A stretch of 64,000 bases of DNA from Anaeramoeba ignava BMAN (lineage: Eukaryota; Protista; Anaeramoebae). Positions 41,800 through 53,258 of the stretch are shown piece by piece. A model generated the notes under the pieces. The model ran no database searches and was not told the origin of the DNA. It saw only the letters and a program-made list of their open reading frames with translations. Both the position numbers and the translations under genes were made by a program. Location of the stretch: the NCBI GenBank assembly GCA_028826165.1, contig JAPDFW010000059.1, positions 1,364,001 through 1,428,000 on the forward strand. The letters are read 5' to 3'. Position 1 is the first letter of the stretch. Each line of letters opens with the position of its first letter.

Positions 41800-42250
41800 A
41801 AATTTAATTTTGATTTTAATTTTGAATTTAATTTTAATTTTAAATTTAATTTTAATTTTGATTTTGATTTTAATTTTGATTTTGATTTTGATTTTAATTT
41901 TGAATTTGATTTTAATTTTAATTTAATTTTGATTTTGATTTTAATTTTAAATTTTAATTTTAATTTTAATTTTAATTTTAATTTTAATTTTAATTTTGAT
42001 TTTAATTTTAATTTTAATTTTGATTTTAATTTTAATTTTGATTTTGATTTTGATTTTAATTTTAATTTTGGATTTGATTTTAATTTTAATTTTAATTTGA
42101 ATTTGAATTTTAATTTTAATTTTAATTTTAAATTTAATTTTAATTTTAATTTTAATTTTGATTTTAATTTTGATTTTAATTTTAATTTTAATTTTAAATT
42201 TTAATTTTAATTTGAATTTGATTTGAATTTTAATTTTGAATTTAATTTTG
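41800..42250. repeat. (TTTTAA/TTTTGA)n intergenic hexamer tract
   Basis: Directly visible; accounts for spurious ORFs 41929..42204 and 41947..42273. Confidence 0.9.
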
Positions 42251-42256
42251 GATTTT

Positions 42257-43365
42257 CTAATTATTTTGATCATTTTCTAAATCTGAAATTGCAGCTCCTA
42301 AAGCACAATAATAAGCTCCATGATTGAGGAAAAAAGCTTGATGTTGACCTTTTGACCAATAATTTAAAGAATCAACAATATAATGATAAGTTTTAAGTTT
42401 ATCATTAACAAAAGCTCCAGTGAAAATGAATTTTGAAATATTATAAATTTTTCCATTTAAAACTGCAATATGAGAGATATTCCAGCAAACCATTTTCAAA
42501 ATTCCTTCTATAACATCAGCATTCCTTGTTGTCCAGTTTTGTTTGTTATTCCAGTCATTTGTTACTGCCATTTTTCCAAACCAAGATGCAACAATTTCTG
42601 CATTTAATCCGATTGCAGAATAATCTGATCCAAAAATATCTCCAACTACTAAATGAATTCTTTTTGAATCAATATTATTTTTTTCACTTGAATTAACTAT
42701 TGAACAAATTTCTTCATAAGAATCTACTCCACATAAAATCTACAAATATATTCAATTTAAAATTAAAAATTCAAATTCAAAATTAAAATTCAAATTTATA
42801 TTAATATTAATATTAAATCAATCACTCGAGTCAATCCTAGAAATGTTGCTCCTCCAACTCCTTCACCATCTATTCTTTCAACTTTTCCTTGATTAACCTT
42901 AATCAAACTAACTCCAGATCCAAAATTTACAACAATAAAAGGTTCTTCAAACAAAAAATTTTCAATAAATATCTTCATATTTTTTTGAATTGAAAATTGA
43001 AAAATTTCATTTGGAAAATTAATAACTCCATAACGAATTCCTTTAATCAAACAAGAAATCTCATCCAAAAAAAGAATATTCTTTTCAAAATAAGTTTCCA
43101 ATAAGTTTTTATACTTGATTGAACCTCCTCCAGTTAAATGAACATTTTTTTCATTATTTTTTTCATCATTTTTTTCATCATTTTTTTCTAAATCAAAAAT
43201 CCATTCAAAATTTGGATCTTTTTTAAGTTGTTTAAGAAAATCTTCAACTTTAATTGTTTCTTCAATTTTGAATATTTTAGTTTGAAATTGTGAATCTTTT
43301 TCTTCTTTATAAATTAATACAAGTTTAATTAAAGTTCCACCAATATCAAGACCTAAACGAAACAT
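42257..43365 (-). CDS. PANK: Type II pantothenate kinase (fumble family); exons 43365-42826, 42739-42257
   Basis: GLDIGGTLIKL, LTGGGS, DEISCLIKG, VNFGSGVS, GVGGATFLGL, LVVGDIFGSDY..IGL..EIVASWFGK, FLNHGAYYCALGA; one GT-AG intron, phase 0. Confidence 0.88.
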
Positions 43366-43488
43366 TTTGAAAGAAAAAAGAAAAAAATGAAAAAATGAAA
43401 AATGAAAAATTTAGAAAAAAATTTTTTTAATTTTTTTAATTTGAAAATTTCATTTTTTTCTTTTTTCTTTTTTCTTAGAATTTTCTAA
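43366..43488. promoter_or_regulatory. 123-bp bidirectional promoter (PanK / FPGS) with outward-facing Inr motifs
   Basis: Three minus-strand TCATTTTT (TGA on + at 43388, 43396, 43403) and one plus-strand TCATTTTTTT at 43450. Confidence 0.65.
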
Positions 43489-45121
43489 ATGCAAATTAAA
43501 ACTTATAAACAAGCAATAGAAAGATTATCAAAACTTCAATCAAATCAAAAAGCACGAATTCGAATGGATTCAACATTTTCTGGACACAATTCACTTTCAG
43601 AAATGGATCATTACATAGAAAGCCTAGAATTATCTCTCCAAAAACTTTCCGTTATACACGTGGCAGGAACAAAAGGAAAAGGATCAACTTGTGCGTTTGT
43701 TGAGTCAATTCTTCGGAATTGTGGATTGCGCACAGGACTCTATATTTCGCCTCATCTTGTGGACATTCGCGAGCGGATTGTTCTCAACGGAAATATGATC
43801 AGCAAGGAAGATTTTGCTGAGCATTTTTTTGCTGTTTATAATAAATTGGAACAAACTCGAACCCCCGATTTTCCCGAATTGCCCTCTTTTTTTCGCTTCA
43901 TGACTCTTTTTGCCTTCCATTATTTTCTTCATCAAAAAGTTGATGTCGCTATTATTGAAGTCGGCATCGGCGGCCGTTATGATTCCACAAACGTTGTTTT
44001 TCCTACTGTTTGTGGTGTTTCTTCTTTAGGGTTTGATCACATGTCAATTTTGGGGGATACTTTGGACAAAATTGCTTTTGAAAAAGCTGGTATTTTCAAA
44101 AGGAATGTTGTTGCTGTCACTTCCCCACAAAAACCTATTGCGTTGAAAACTCTTAAAGAAACAGCCACTTCTGTTGGATCGCCTCTTTTCCTTGTTCCTG
44201 ATCTTTCTGCGTATTCAAGTCAAAATGAAATTATCCTCAGTTTGGAAGGCGATCACCAGAAAATTAACGCTTCTTTGGCAATCACTCTTGCAAAGTTTTT
44301 CTTGCAATTAACTTTCAATGTTGTTGATGATCTTACAACTAATTTGGATTGGCAAAAATATTTGCTAGTTCAACCTTTTCAAAAAACTGATGAAATTTTT
44401 CAAGAGGATTTATCAACAGATTCTGCGCTAGAAATATTGTTTGCTAATTCAGAAAAAGTGAACAAAAATATCCAAAATTATTCTTTAACCGAAAATATAT
44501 TGATTGAAAAAAAACTGATAAATCCACAAAAACAGAAAATACAACATCCATCCGAAATATCGGAAATCCGAAATTGCAAACTAAGCAATTTATGGGGTTT
44601 TTTTCCTTAAGGGTTTATCAACAACTTCTTGGCCAGGAAGATGTCAAGTTTGTCCAAGTAAAAAAAGCGAGAATGTTATTTTCTATCTTGACGGAGCGCA
44701 CACTGACGAGAGTATTGGAATTGCCGTGAATTGGTTTGCGAATAAAACACGAACCAACGAAACAGAAACAACGGAAAATTCAAGTGTGAAAATTTTACTA
44801 TTTTTTTGTACTTCAGATCGTGATCCAAAAAATCTGTTACAACCTCTTATTAAAATGAATATTTTTCATCACGTTATCTTTTCTCCACATATTCCTGTCA
44901 AAAAAGCTGCTAAAATACCAGGAAATTGGCTTGATTTAATGAAGGAAATTTGGGAAAGTTCTGATCCAAAAGCACAAATTTATGTTGAAAAAACTCTTTC
45001 TTCTTCTCTTTCTTCAATTTATTCTATATCTGAAAATTTTCAAGACGTATTAATTCAAGTTTTGGTTACAGGAAGTTTACATATTGTTGGTGATGTTTTA
45101 TCTGTAGAACATTTAATATAG
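43489..45121 (+). CDS. FPGS: Folylpolyglutamate synthase; exons 43489-44457, 44612-45121
   Basis: IHVAGTKGKGSTCA, SPHLVDIRERI, EVGIGGRYDSTN, DHMSILG..IAFEKAGIFK, HQKINASLA, WPGRCQ, YLDGAHT, LVTGSLHIVG. Phase-0 intron GTGAAC(44458)..TAAG(44611); the donor is the best candidate, not proven. Confidence 0.92.
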
Positions 45122-45229
45122 AAGATTTTATACACAACAAAATAATTATAAAAAACTAAATTTACATTTTTTTTAGAATAAATTTTTCAAATTAAATTTT
45201 TTTCAAAAAAAGCAAAAAAAAAACCCAAA

Positions 45230-45410
45230 AAAAATTCCACTTTTTTTAATTTATTCCACTTTATTTAATTTATTTAATCTATTCAATTTATTCCACTTTA
45301 TTTAATCTATTTAATTTTTTTTTAATTTTATTTTAATTTTTTCATTTTTCATTTTTTCATTTTTTCATTTTTCATTTTTCATTTTTTTCATTTTAATTTT
45401 TTTTTTATAA
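45230..45410 (+). promoter_or_regulatory. LRR-gene promoter: three TTCCACTTT elements followed by ~7 tandem TCATTTTT Inr motifs
   Basis: TTCCACTTT at ~45235, ~45254 and ~45291; repeated TCATTTTT over 45342-45395 just before ATG 45411. Confidence 0.55.
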
Positions 45411-46493
45411 ATGTCTCAACAACTTAAAGAAGTTTTTGAAAGTGCAATTCAAACTCAAATTTGGAAAATTGATCTTTCCAATAAAGAAATAACTGATTTA
45501 AAAGAAATTGATTTTTCCAAACTTGAACATTTAGAAATTTTAGATTTAACAAACAATAATTTAAAAGAAATACCAGATTCAATTTGCGAAATGAAAAATT
45601 TAAAACGGCTTTTATTATCTCACAATAAATTAAAATCTTTGCCAAAAAATATTGGCAAACTTTCTAATTTGGAATGGCTTCATCTCTCTTATAATGAAGA
45701 TTTATCTTCTCTTCCTGATATTTCAGCTCTTGTTAATTTAACTGAACTTGATTTGAGTCATTGTAGTTTTAATGCTCTTCCTGGTGGTTTAGAAAAACTT
45801 AAAAAACTCACGACTATTGATGTATTTTGTTTCATTTCCTTTTTTCTTTTAAAAATTCATTTATAAAATTTAATTTAAAATTAAAATTAAAATTTATAAA
45901 ATTAAAATTAAAATTAAAATTAAATTTAAATTCATTTATAAAATTAAAATTAAAATTCATTTATAAAATTCATTTATAAAATTCATTTATAAAATTTATT
46001 TATAAAATTAAAATTAAATTCATTTATAAAATTAAAATTAAATTCATTTATAAAATTAAAATCAAAATTCATTTATAAAATTAAAATTAAAATTAAATTC
46101 ATTTATAAAATTAAAATTTAAATTAAAATTAAAATTAATTTATAAAATTAAAATTAAATTTAAAATTAAAATCAATATTAAAATTAAAATTATTTTTAGG
46201 CAAGTTCAAATCAAATCAAAGCTATCAATCCTTCAATTTGTAAAATGAAATCTTTAGGAAGATTATATTTAGATCATAATAAACTTAATCGAATTCATCA
46301 AGATTTTGGTTCTTTTCAAAATCTTAAAGTGCTTGATTTAAGTTTCAATCAAATTGTTGAACTTCCTTTTTCATTAACAAATCTTGATGGTTTATGGGAA
46401 CTTCATTTAGAAGGAAATGAAAAACTTAAAAATCCTCCTCAAGATGTTTTAAACAAAGAACCAAAAGAAATTTTAAGTTACATCAAAAAATAA
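45411..46493 (+). CDS. Stand-alone leucine-rich-repeat protein (~234 aa); exons 45411-45821, 46200-46493
   Basis: LxxLxLxxNxLxxLPxxI repeats; phase-0 GT-AG intron 45822-46199; C-cap LKNPPQDVLNKEPKEILSYI. Confidence 0.88.
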
Positions 46494-46587
46494 TCTCTTC
46501 TTTTTTCTTTCTTCTTTCTTTCTTTTCTTTTTTTTCTTTCATTTGATTCCATCAAATTTTTGAAATAAACAAAATTCTCAAAATTTT

Positions 46588-49500
46588 TTAGAAGTCAGTT
46601 TCTTCAATACTTTGTAAATATAAATCTTTTTCAGTATTAACAGTTTCCATAACAATATCATCAATATTTCCTTGATCATTCATTTCATTTTCATTTTCAT
46701 TTTCATCAATATCATTAACTGAATAAACAGTAACTGATGGTGTTACTTTAACTACTTTTCTTTTTTTATACCAATAAAATGCAACTCCTCCAACAACTGC
46801 TAATGCTCCAAAACTTGTTCCAAGTCCTGCATATAATCCTGTTTTAGATGTTGTACTTGGTTCAGAATCTGTTTTAAAATAAAATTTATTACTCCAAATT
46901 GAATATCCAATTTCATTTGTTGATCTAACTTCAATAGAATAATTTGTTGATGAACTTAAATTTGCAACAACTCCACTATTAATTGTTGTAAATGTTTCAC
47001 TTGTTTCATTTTCATTTTCATTTTTGATTGATTTTATTTCATATTGAATTATTGATTCGGCATTAATTCTTGGTTTATTCCATTCAATACTTAATGAATT
47101 ATATGATTTTTTTGTATTATATAATTCTTTGATTTGTTCTGGAATTGTTTTATTGGTTTCAAATTGAAATGATTTACTCCATTCTCCAAAATATTCATTA
47201 ATTTCTGCTCGAACTTTAACTGAATAATTTGTAAATGGAATTAAATTATCAAATGAAAAAAGATCTGAAATGAAATTAGTTCGATTAAATCCTGTATCAA
47301 GAAGAACTGTATATGTTGTAATATCTGGATCATTTAAATTTTCCCATCCAATAACTGCTGAATATGATTCAAGATTTTTTAAGAATATTCCTTCAATTTG
47401 TGAAGGTGCAAATGTTTGTGTACTTATTGAAAAATTTGATGAATTTCCAAATCCAATTGAATTAAATGGAATTATTATTATTGTATAATTGGTTTGTGTT
47501 GTTAAATTATAAAATGATCCTTGATTTGTATTAACTTGAATTTGAATTGAATTTGTTGAATTGTTATCTTCAATACATGTAACATTATATCCTTCAATGT
47601 ATCTTCCTCCATTATTAGGTTCATTCCAACTTAAAATTAAATAAGTTCTTCTAATTTCGATTGGAATTAATTCTTCAACTTTAAATGGTACTTCTGCTGA
47701 ATATGTTGAGATGTTTTTATCTTCACTCCATTCATTACATTCTCCAATAGGATTAATTGCTTTCATTGAAATTGAATATTCTCCTGATATTAAATTACTA
47801 ATATTATATTCATTTTCTGTTGAATTAATTTCAATTTGTGTTGAATTTTGAATACTTAAATTGGAAAATCTATATGAAAGAATATAAGAAGTAATATTTA
47901 ATCCTCCATTGTTTGGTTTTTTCCAATTTACTTTGATTGATGTTGAACTTAATGTTGTTGCATTAACTTGTTCCATTTGTTTTGGTGTTGTTGGTTGTGA
48001 TGTTGATGCAATTAATGTTTCTGAATAATTTGATTGTCCAATTTCATTTATTGATGAAATTGAAATATCGAATGTTCCTGATAAAAGTGAATTAAATTGA
48101 TATTGATATTCACTTATTGGTGGTTCAATTTGAATATATTGTGTAATATTTGTTGAATATGGAGTAAATGAAAAAATATAATTGATTATTGTTCTTCCAT
48201 TATCATTTGGTTTATCCCATTTAATTGTAATTGAGGTTGATGTTGCTGAAATTTGAGTTAATCCTGTAATTATATCTGGAATATTTGGTGATAATGTATT
48301 CATTAAAACTAAAATTCCTTCTGATTCTCCAATAGAATTAATTGAATAAACTGTAATATTATAAGAATCTGAAAGTAAATTTGTTAAATTATATTCTGAT
48401 ACAACTTCATTTGTTGAAATATTTCCATTTGAACCATTAGAACTTAATCCTTTATATTCAATAATGAAATATAGAATTGGTTTACCTCCATTTGAAATTG
48501 GTTGATTCCAACTCATATAAATTGAAGTTGAAGTTGAATTAATAAATAAAAGATTTGAAATTGGAGAAGGTGAAGTTGGTTGTAAAGTTGAAAAAACAAT
48601 AACATCACTTGTTGCTCCTTCTCCATTTTGATTTGTTGCTGATATTTTGATACTATAATTTCCTGAATAAATATTATTAAGAACATAATCATTTATTGAA
48701 GGTGATGGATTTCCTTCTAAATCAATTAAAATTTCATTCCAAAATGTATCACTTGTTAATTTATAATATAAATTATAAGAAGTAATATCACTTCCTCCAT
48801 TTCCTGGTTTTTCCCATTCAATTCCTAATGATGTTGATGTTGAATTAATTAATGAAGGAATTGATATTTTATCTGGAATAGTTGAATCATCAGTTGAAAT
48901 TGTTGCAATATCACTCCAATAATAAGACCATCCAGCATCATTATATGCTTTGATTTCAAAATCATATGATGTTTCAGATTCAAGATCTCCAATAATACAA
49001 CTTAATGATGTATTCATTATATTAATTACATCTGTAAATATTGAATCATTACTTAATTTATATTGAATTTTATATGCTTTAACTTCATCTCCACCTTGAT
49101 CATTTGGAATAAACCATCCTAATGTTATTGAAGTTGGTGAACTTGAAATTTTATAAGGTTTATTCATAATTCCAGGAGGAGAAGGAGGATTAGTATTCAT
49201 TATAAATTCAGTTCCATTATTTGAAAATCCAACTGAATTATTTGATTGCATTTTGATTGTATAAGTTCCTGAAAGTAATGAAGTTAATGTATAATAAAGA
49301 TTTGTACTAAAAAGATCAATAGAGTAAAAATCTTCAGAAGGTGTTGAATTTTCATATTTATACCAAATTTTATATCCAATAATTGTTGAACCTCCATTTG
49401 ATGGTTTAATCCAAGAAATTGAAATTGATGAAGAAGTTTTTCCAGTTTGTGAAATTGAATTAACTGGTGATGGAATTGTTGATGGATCAGTTTCAATAGT

Positions 49501-52442
49501 TAAATTATAACTTAAATCAGATTCAGGAGTAATTGAATTCAAAGCACGAATAGCTATTGTATAATTTGCATAATCTAAATTAGGAATTGTTGCTTCAAGA
49601 ACATCAGGAGAAACAAGTTGATAATTCCAATTTGTTTCAGGAATTTTCAAAAAAGAAATTTGATAATTTGTAATTTCACTTCCCCCATTTGATTGAGGAG
49701 CTGACCAATTAATAGAAATTGAATCACCAGTATGATTAATTTCATTTAATGAAGTAATAACAGAAGGACAAGTTGCTGGATCAGTCCAAATTGAAAAATC
49801 AGATGAAAAATCTCCAATAAATAATTCACTTTTTGCTCTAACTTTAACAATATATTCACCAGAAAGAATTGAAGTAATATGAAATGAATGAATATCAACT
49901 CCAAAACTATAAGTATTCCAAGTTTGATTACCAGCTTTATGAAACCAAAGATCATATCCAATTAAAGGAGATCCTCCATTTGAAGCAGTTCCCCAAGTTA
50001 TACCAAATGAAGTTGAAGATTTCCAAGATAAATCTTCAGAAATTGAAGGAGGAGAAGGAGGAATTGCACTTAAAGTACTTGCAGCAGTTTCAAGTGTCCA
50101 AACTCCAGTTCCTATTTATTTTTTTTCCAATATTTATATTTTAAATTAATTTGATTTGGAAATATAAATAATAAATCAAAATAATAAATAATCATATTTA
50201 AAATTTAATTTAATAAAAATAAGAATAATAAATACCTTCATTATTATATCCAGCAACTTGAGTTAAATAATTTCCTGAATATAAATTACTAATTGTATAT
50301 TGATGAACATCTCCAACAAGAGTAACTTCAATCCAATTACTTTCTCCATAAGGTGTATATTTAACTTTATATCCAAGAACTGAAAAATTAGGAGGATTTC
50401 CCCATAATAATCTAAATGAAGTTGGAGTTTGTGAATCAAAAGTAGGTTGTGACATTTGAGTTGGAGTACATTCTGTTTTACCACTTCCTGAATTTGTTGT
50501 GCCATTTGGACATGAACTACATCCTGTATTTCCTGTTCCAGTATTATAAGTATTTTGATTACATTGAGTACATGAAGCAACATTTGTTGATGTTGAATAT
50601 GTTCCTGCAACACAAAATGGACAAGTTGGAGTTGGAAGAGATGAACCAGCAAGACAAACACATTGTCCATTTGGTTGACAATTTCCTCCATTATAACATT
50701 CATTACAACTTGACATTCCATTTTCATTATATTGACATGAGCTCGCATATATATTTTTTTGACCACTTCCAGTATTATCAACAATAACAACATTTGTCCA
50801 ATTAAGTTTAGGATCAAGCAATCCTAAATCTCTGTTGCAATATAAACCACCACCAGATGTAGAAGCATAATTATCTTTGATTAATATATTTGTAAGTTCT
50901 GTTGAACATAATCCATTATAAATTGCTCCTCCTTTATTTCCTCGATTATTCACAAATATACTATTTCTCAGTACTGGATACCAATTATTGTTTAAACAAT
51001 AGAATCGAATTGCACCTCCTATTTTGATTTTTGATTTAAATTTGATTTAAATAATATTAAATAATAAATAATAAATATTAAATAATAAATATTAAATAAT
51101 AAATATTAAATAATAATAAATAATAAATAATAAATATTAAATATTAAATATTAAATAATAAATATTAAATAATAAATATTAAATATTAAATATTAAATAT
51201 TAAATATTAAATATTAAATATTAAAATATAAAAATATAAATATTAAATATTAAATATTAAAATAAAATAAAATAAATATTAAATAATAAATATTAAATAA
51301 TAAATATTAAATATTAAATATTAAATAATAAATATTAAATAATAAATATTAAATAATAAATAAATAATAAATATTAAATAACAAATAAAAATATTAAAAA
51401 TAAATTAAAATAAATATTAAAATATAAAATAAATTAAAATTAAAAATAAATATTAAATATTAAATAAATAATAAATATTAAATATTAAATATTAAATAAT
51501 AATAAATATTAAATATTAAATAAATATTAAATATTAAATATTAAAATATAAAAATAAATTAAAAAATATTAAATATTAAATAATAAATATTAAATAAATA
51601 ATAAATATTAAATATTAAATAATAAATATTAAATATTAAATATTAAATATTAAATATTAAATATTAAATATTAAATAATAAATATTAAATAATAAATATT
51701 AAATAATAAATATTAAATATTAAATATTAAATATTAAATATTAAATATTAAATATTAAATATTAAATATTAAATATTAAATATTAAATATTAAATATTAA
51801 ATATTAAATATTAAATATTAAATATTAAATATTAAATAATAAATATTAAATATTAAATAATAAATATTAAATATTAAATAATAAATATTAAATAATAAAT
51901 ATTAAATAATAAATAATAAATATTAAATATTAAATATTAAATATTAAATATTAAATATTAAATAATAAATAAATACCTTTATCACTATTACAATTTTGGA
52001 ATGTAAAACCATCAACTAAAGGTGAACTTGAATCATGAACATACATACATTGTCTTGCATTTCCTCCATCTAAAATAGTTACATCAGGTCCTCCAGTAGA
52101 AACAATATACCAAGTAGCATCTTGTCTATCTATTGTTTGAGAAAGATAATAATGACCAGGATAAACACAAACAATATCACTATTTCCACTAACTGATAAT
52201 CCTTTTTCGATTGTAGCACATGCAGTTTCATATGATTCACAATTATTACCATCACTTCCAAATGATTGAGCAATATATTTTGTACATGTATAACTTGTAT
52301 CATCAAATTTATAATTTGCTAATATTCTTTCTAATTTTATCACTCCTTCATTATTATTTGGATTTGTTTTTGAAGTTGAAATTGAAAATATTGTAAATAT
52401 TAAAGTTATTCCAAAAAATATTATTAATTTTGGGTTTTTCAT
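46588..52442 (-). CDS. Type I membrane receptor/adhesin, copy 1 (~1,590 aa): signal peptide, right-handed beta-helix head (GGAI repeats), EGF-like and Cys-rich segment, 12 FN3, TM, acidic tail; exons 52442-51977, 51018-50236, 50111-46588
   Basis: GSDGNNC..ACATIEKGL..VCVYPGHY..GGPDVTILDG..VDGFTFQN, GGAI/GGGLY repeats, CYNGGNCQPNGQCVC, CVAGTYS..CNQNTYN, 12 W..P.NGG..I..Y FN3 units, TM GLYAGLGTSFGALAVVGGVAFYWY followed by KKRK. Two phase-1 GT-AG introns. Confidence 0.88.
51045..51970. repeat. (AAATATT/AAATAAT)n heptamer array filling intron 1 of receptor copy 1
   Basis: Directly visible; homologous array at ~58065-58868 in copy 2. Confidence 0.9.
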
Positions 52443-53258
52443 TTCCTTTTAATTAATTTTTATTTTAATTTAGTTTTTTGTGAATTTAGTTGATTAAAAT
52501 TTTTGTTTTGGTTATTCTCTTTTTATTTTAAAATTTGAGAGTAAACAAAAAAAATGAAAAAAAAAGAAAAAAAAATAAATAAACAAAAAGAAAAAAAAAA
52601 GTGTCCAATTATCAAAAATTTCATAATAATTATTATTTTTTTTTTTCCAATTAAAAAATTTTATTTAAAAAAAAAAACAAAATTTGAAAAGAGAAAATAA
52701 ATAGAAAAGATTAAATTAAATAATTAATTTTGTTTATTTAAAATTAAAAGATCGAAAAAAAAAAGAATAATTAATTAATTTATTTAAATTTTAATTTATA
52801 AAAGAAAAAGAAAAAGAAAATTAAATAATTAAATAAATTAGTTTTAAAGAGATTAATTTTTAAAGGAATAATTAATAAAAATTTAATTTAAATTAATTTA
52901 ATTCATTTAAAAAAAAAAGTGGAATAAAATTTATTTTTTTATTTAAATTTTCCAAAAATAAAAAATTAAATAAAAATAATCAAAATAAATTTTAATTTTT
53001 AAATATCAAAAGAATAATTTGTTTATTTATTTATTTGTTTATTTATTTGTTTATTTGTTTAATCCAAAAATTATTTTTGAAATTAAAAAAAATTTAATTT
53101 TGTTATTTTTTTTGATTTTATTCTTTTTTTTTTGGAATTGATTGAAAAAGATTTGAAAAAAAGATTTGGAAAAAGATTGAAAAAAAGAAGAAAGATTTGG
53201 AAAAAATTGAATTAAATTTTGAAATTGAATTTTGTTTTGGAATTGTTGTTTTGATAAA

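Noticed and set aside
43640-44300. Locally higher GC in FPGS (and 22020-22660 of the acyltransferase) as evidence of horizontal transfer
   Set aside because: Both proteins look eukaryotic-type and carry spliceosomal introns and the host Inr; composition alone is insufficient.
4137-46590. Trichomonas-like UAAA polyadenylation signal overlapping the stop codon
   Set aside because: TAAA occurs at about half of the stops, which is expected by chance at this AT content; it cannot be supported without 3'-end data.
46588-46760. ITIM/ITSM or YxxPhi tyrosine motifs in the receptor tail (VTVYSVN, DLYLQSI)
   Set aside because: The Y+3 residues are N and S rather than hydrophobic, so the consensus is not met.
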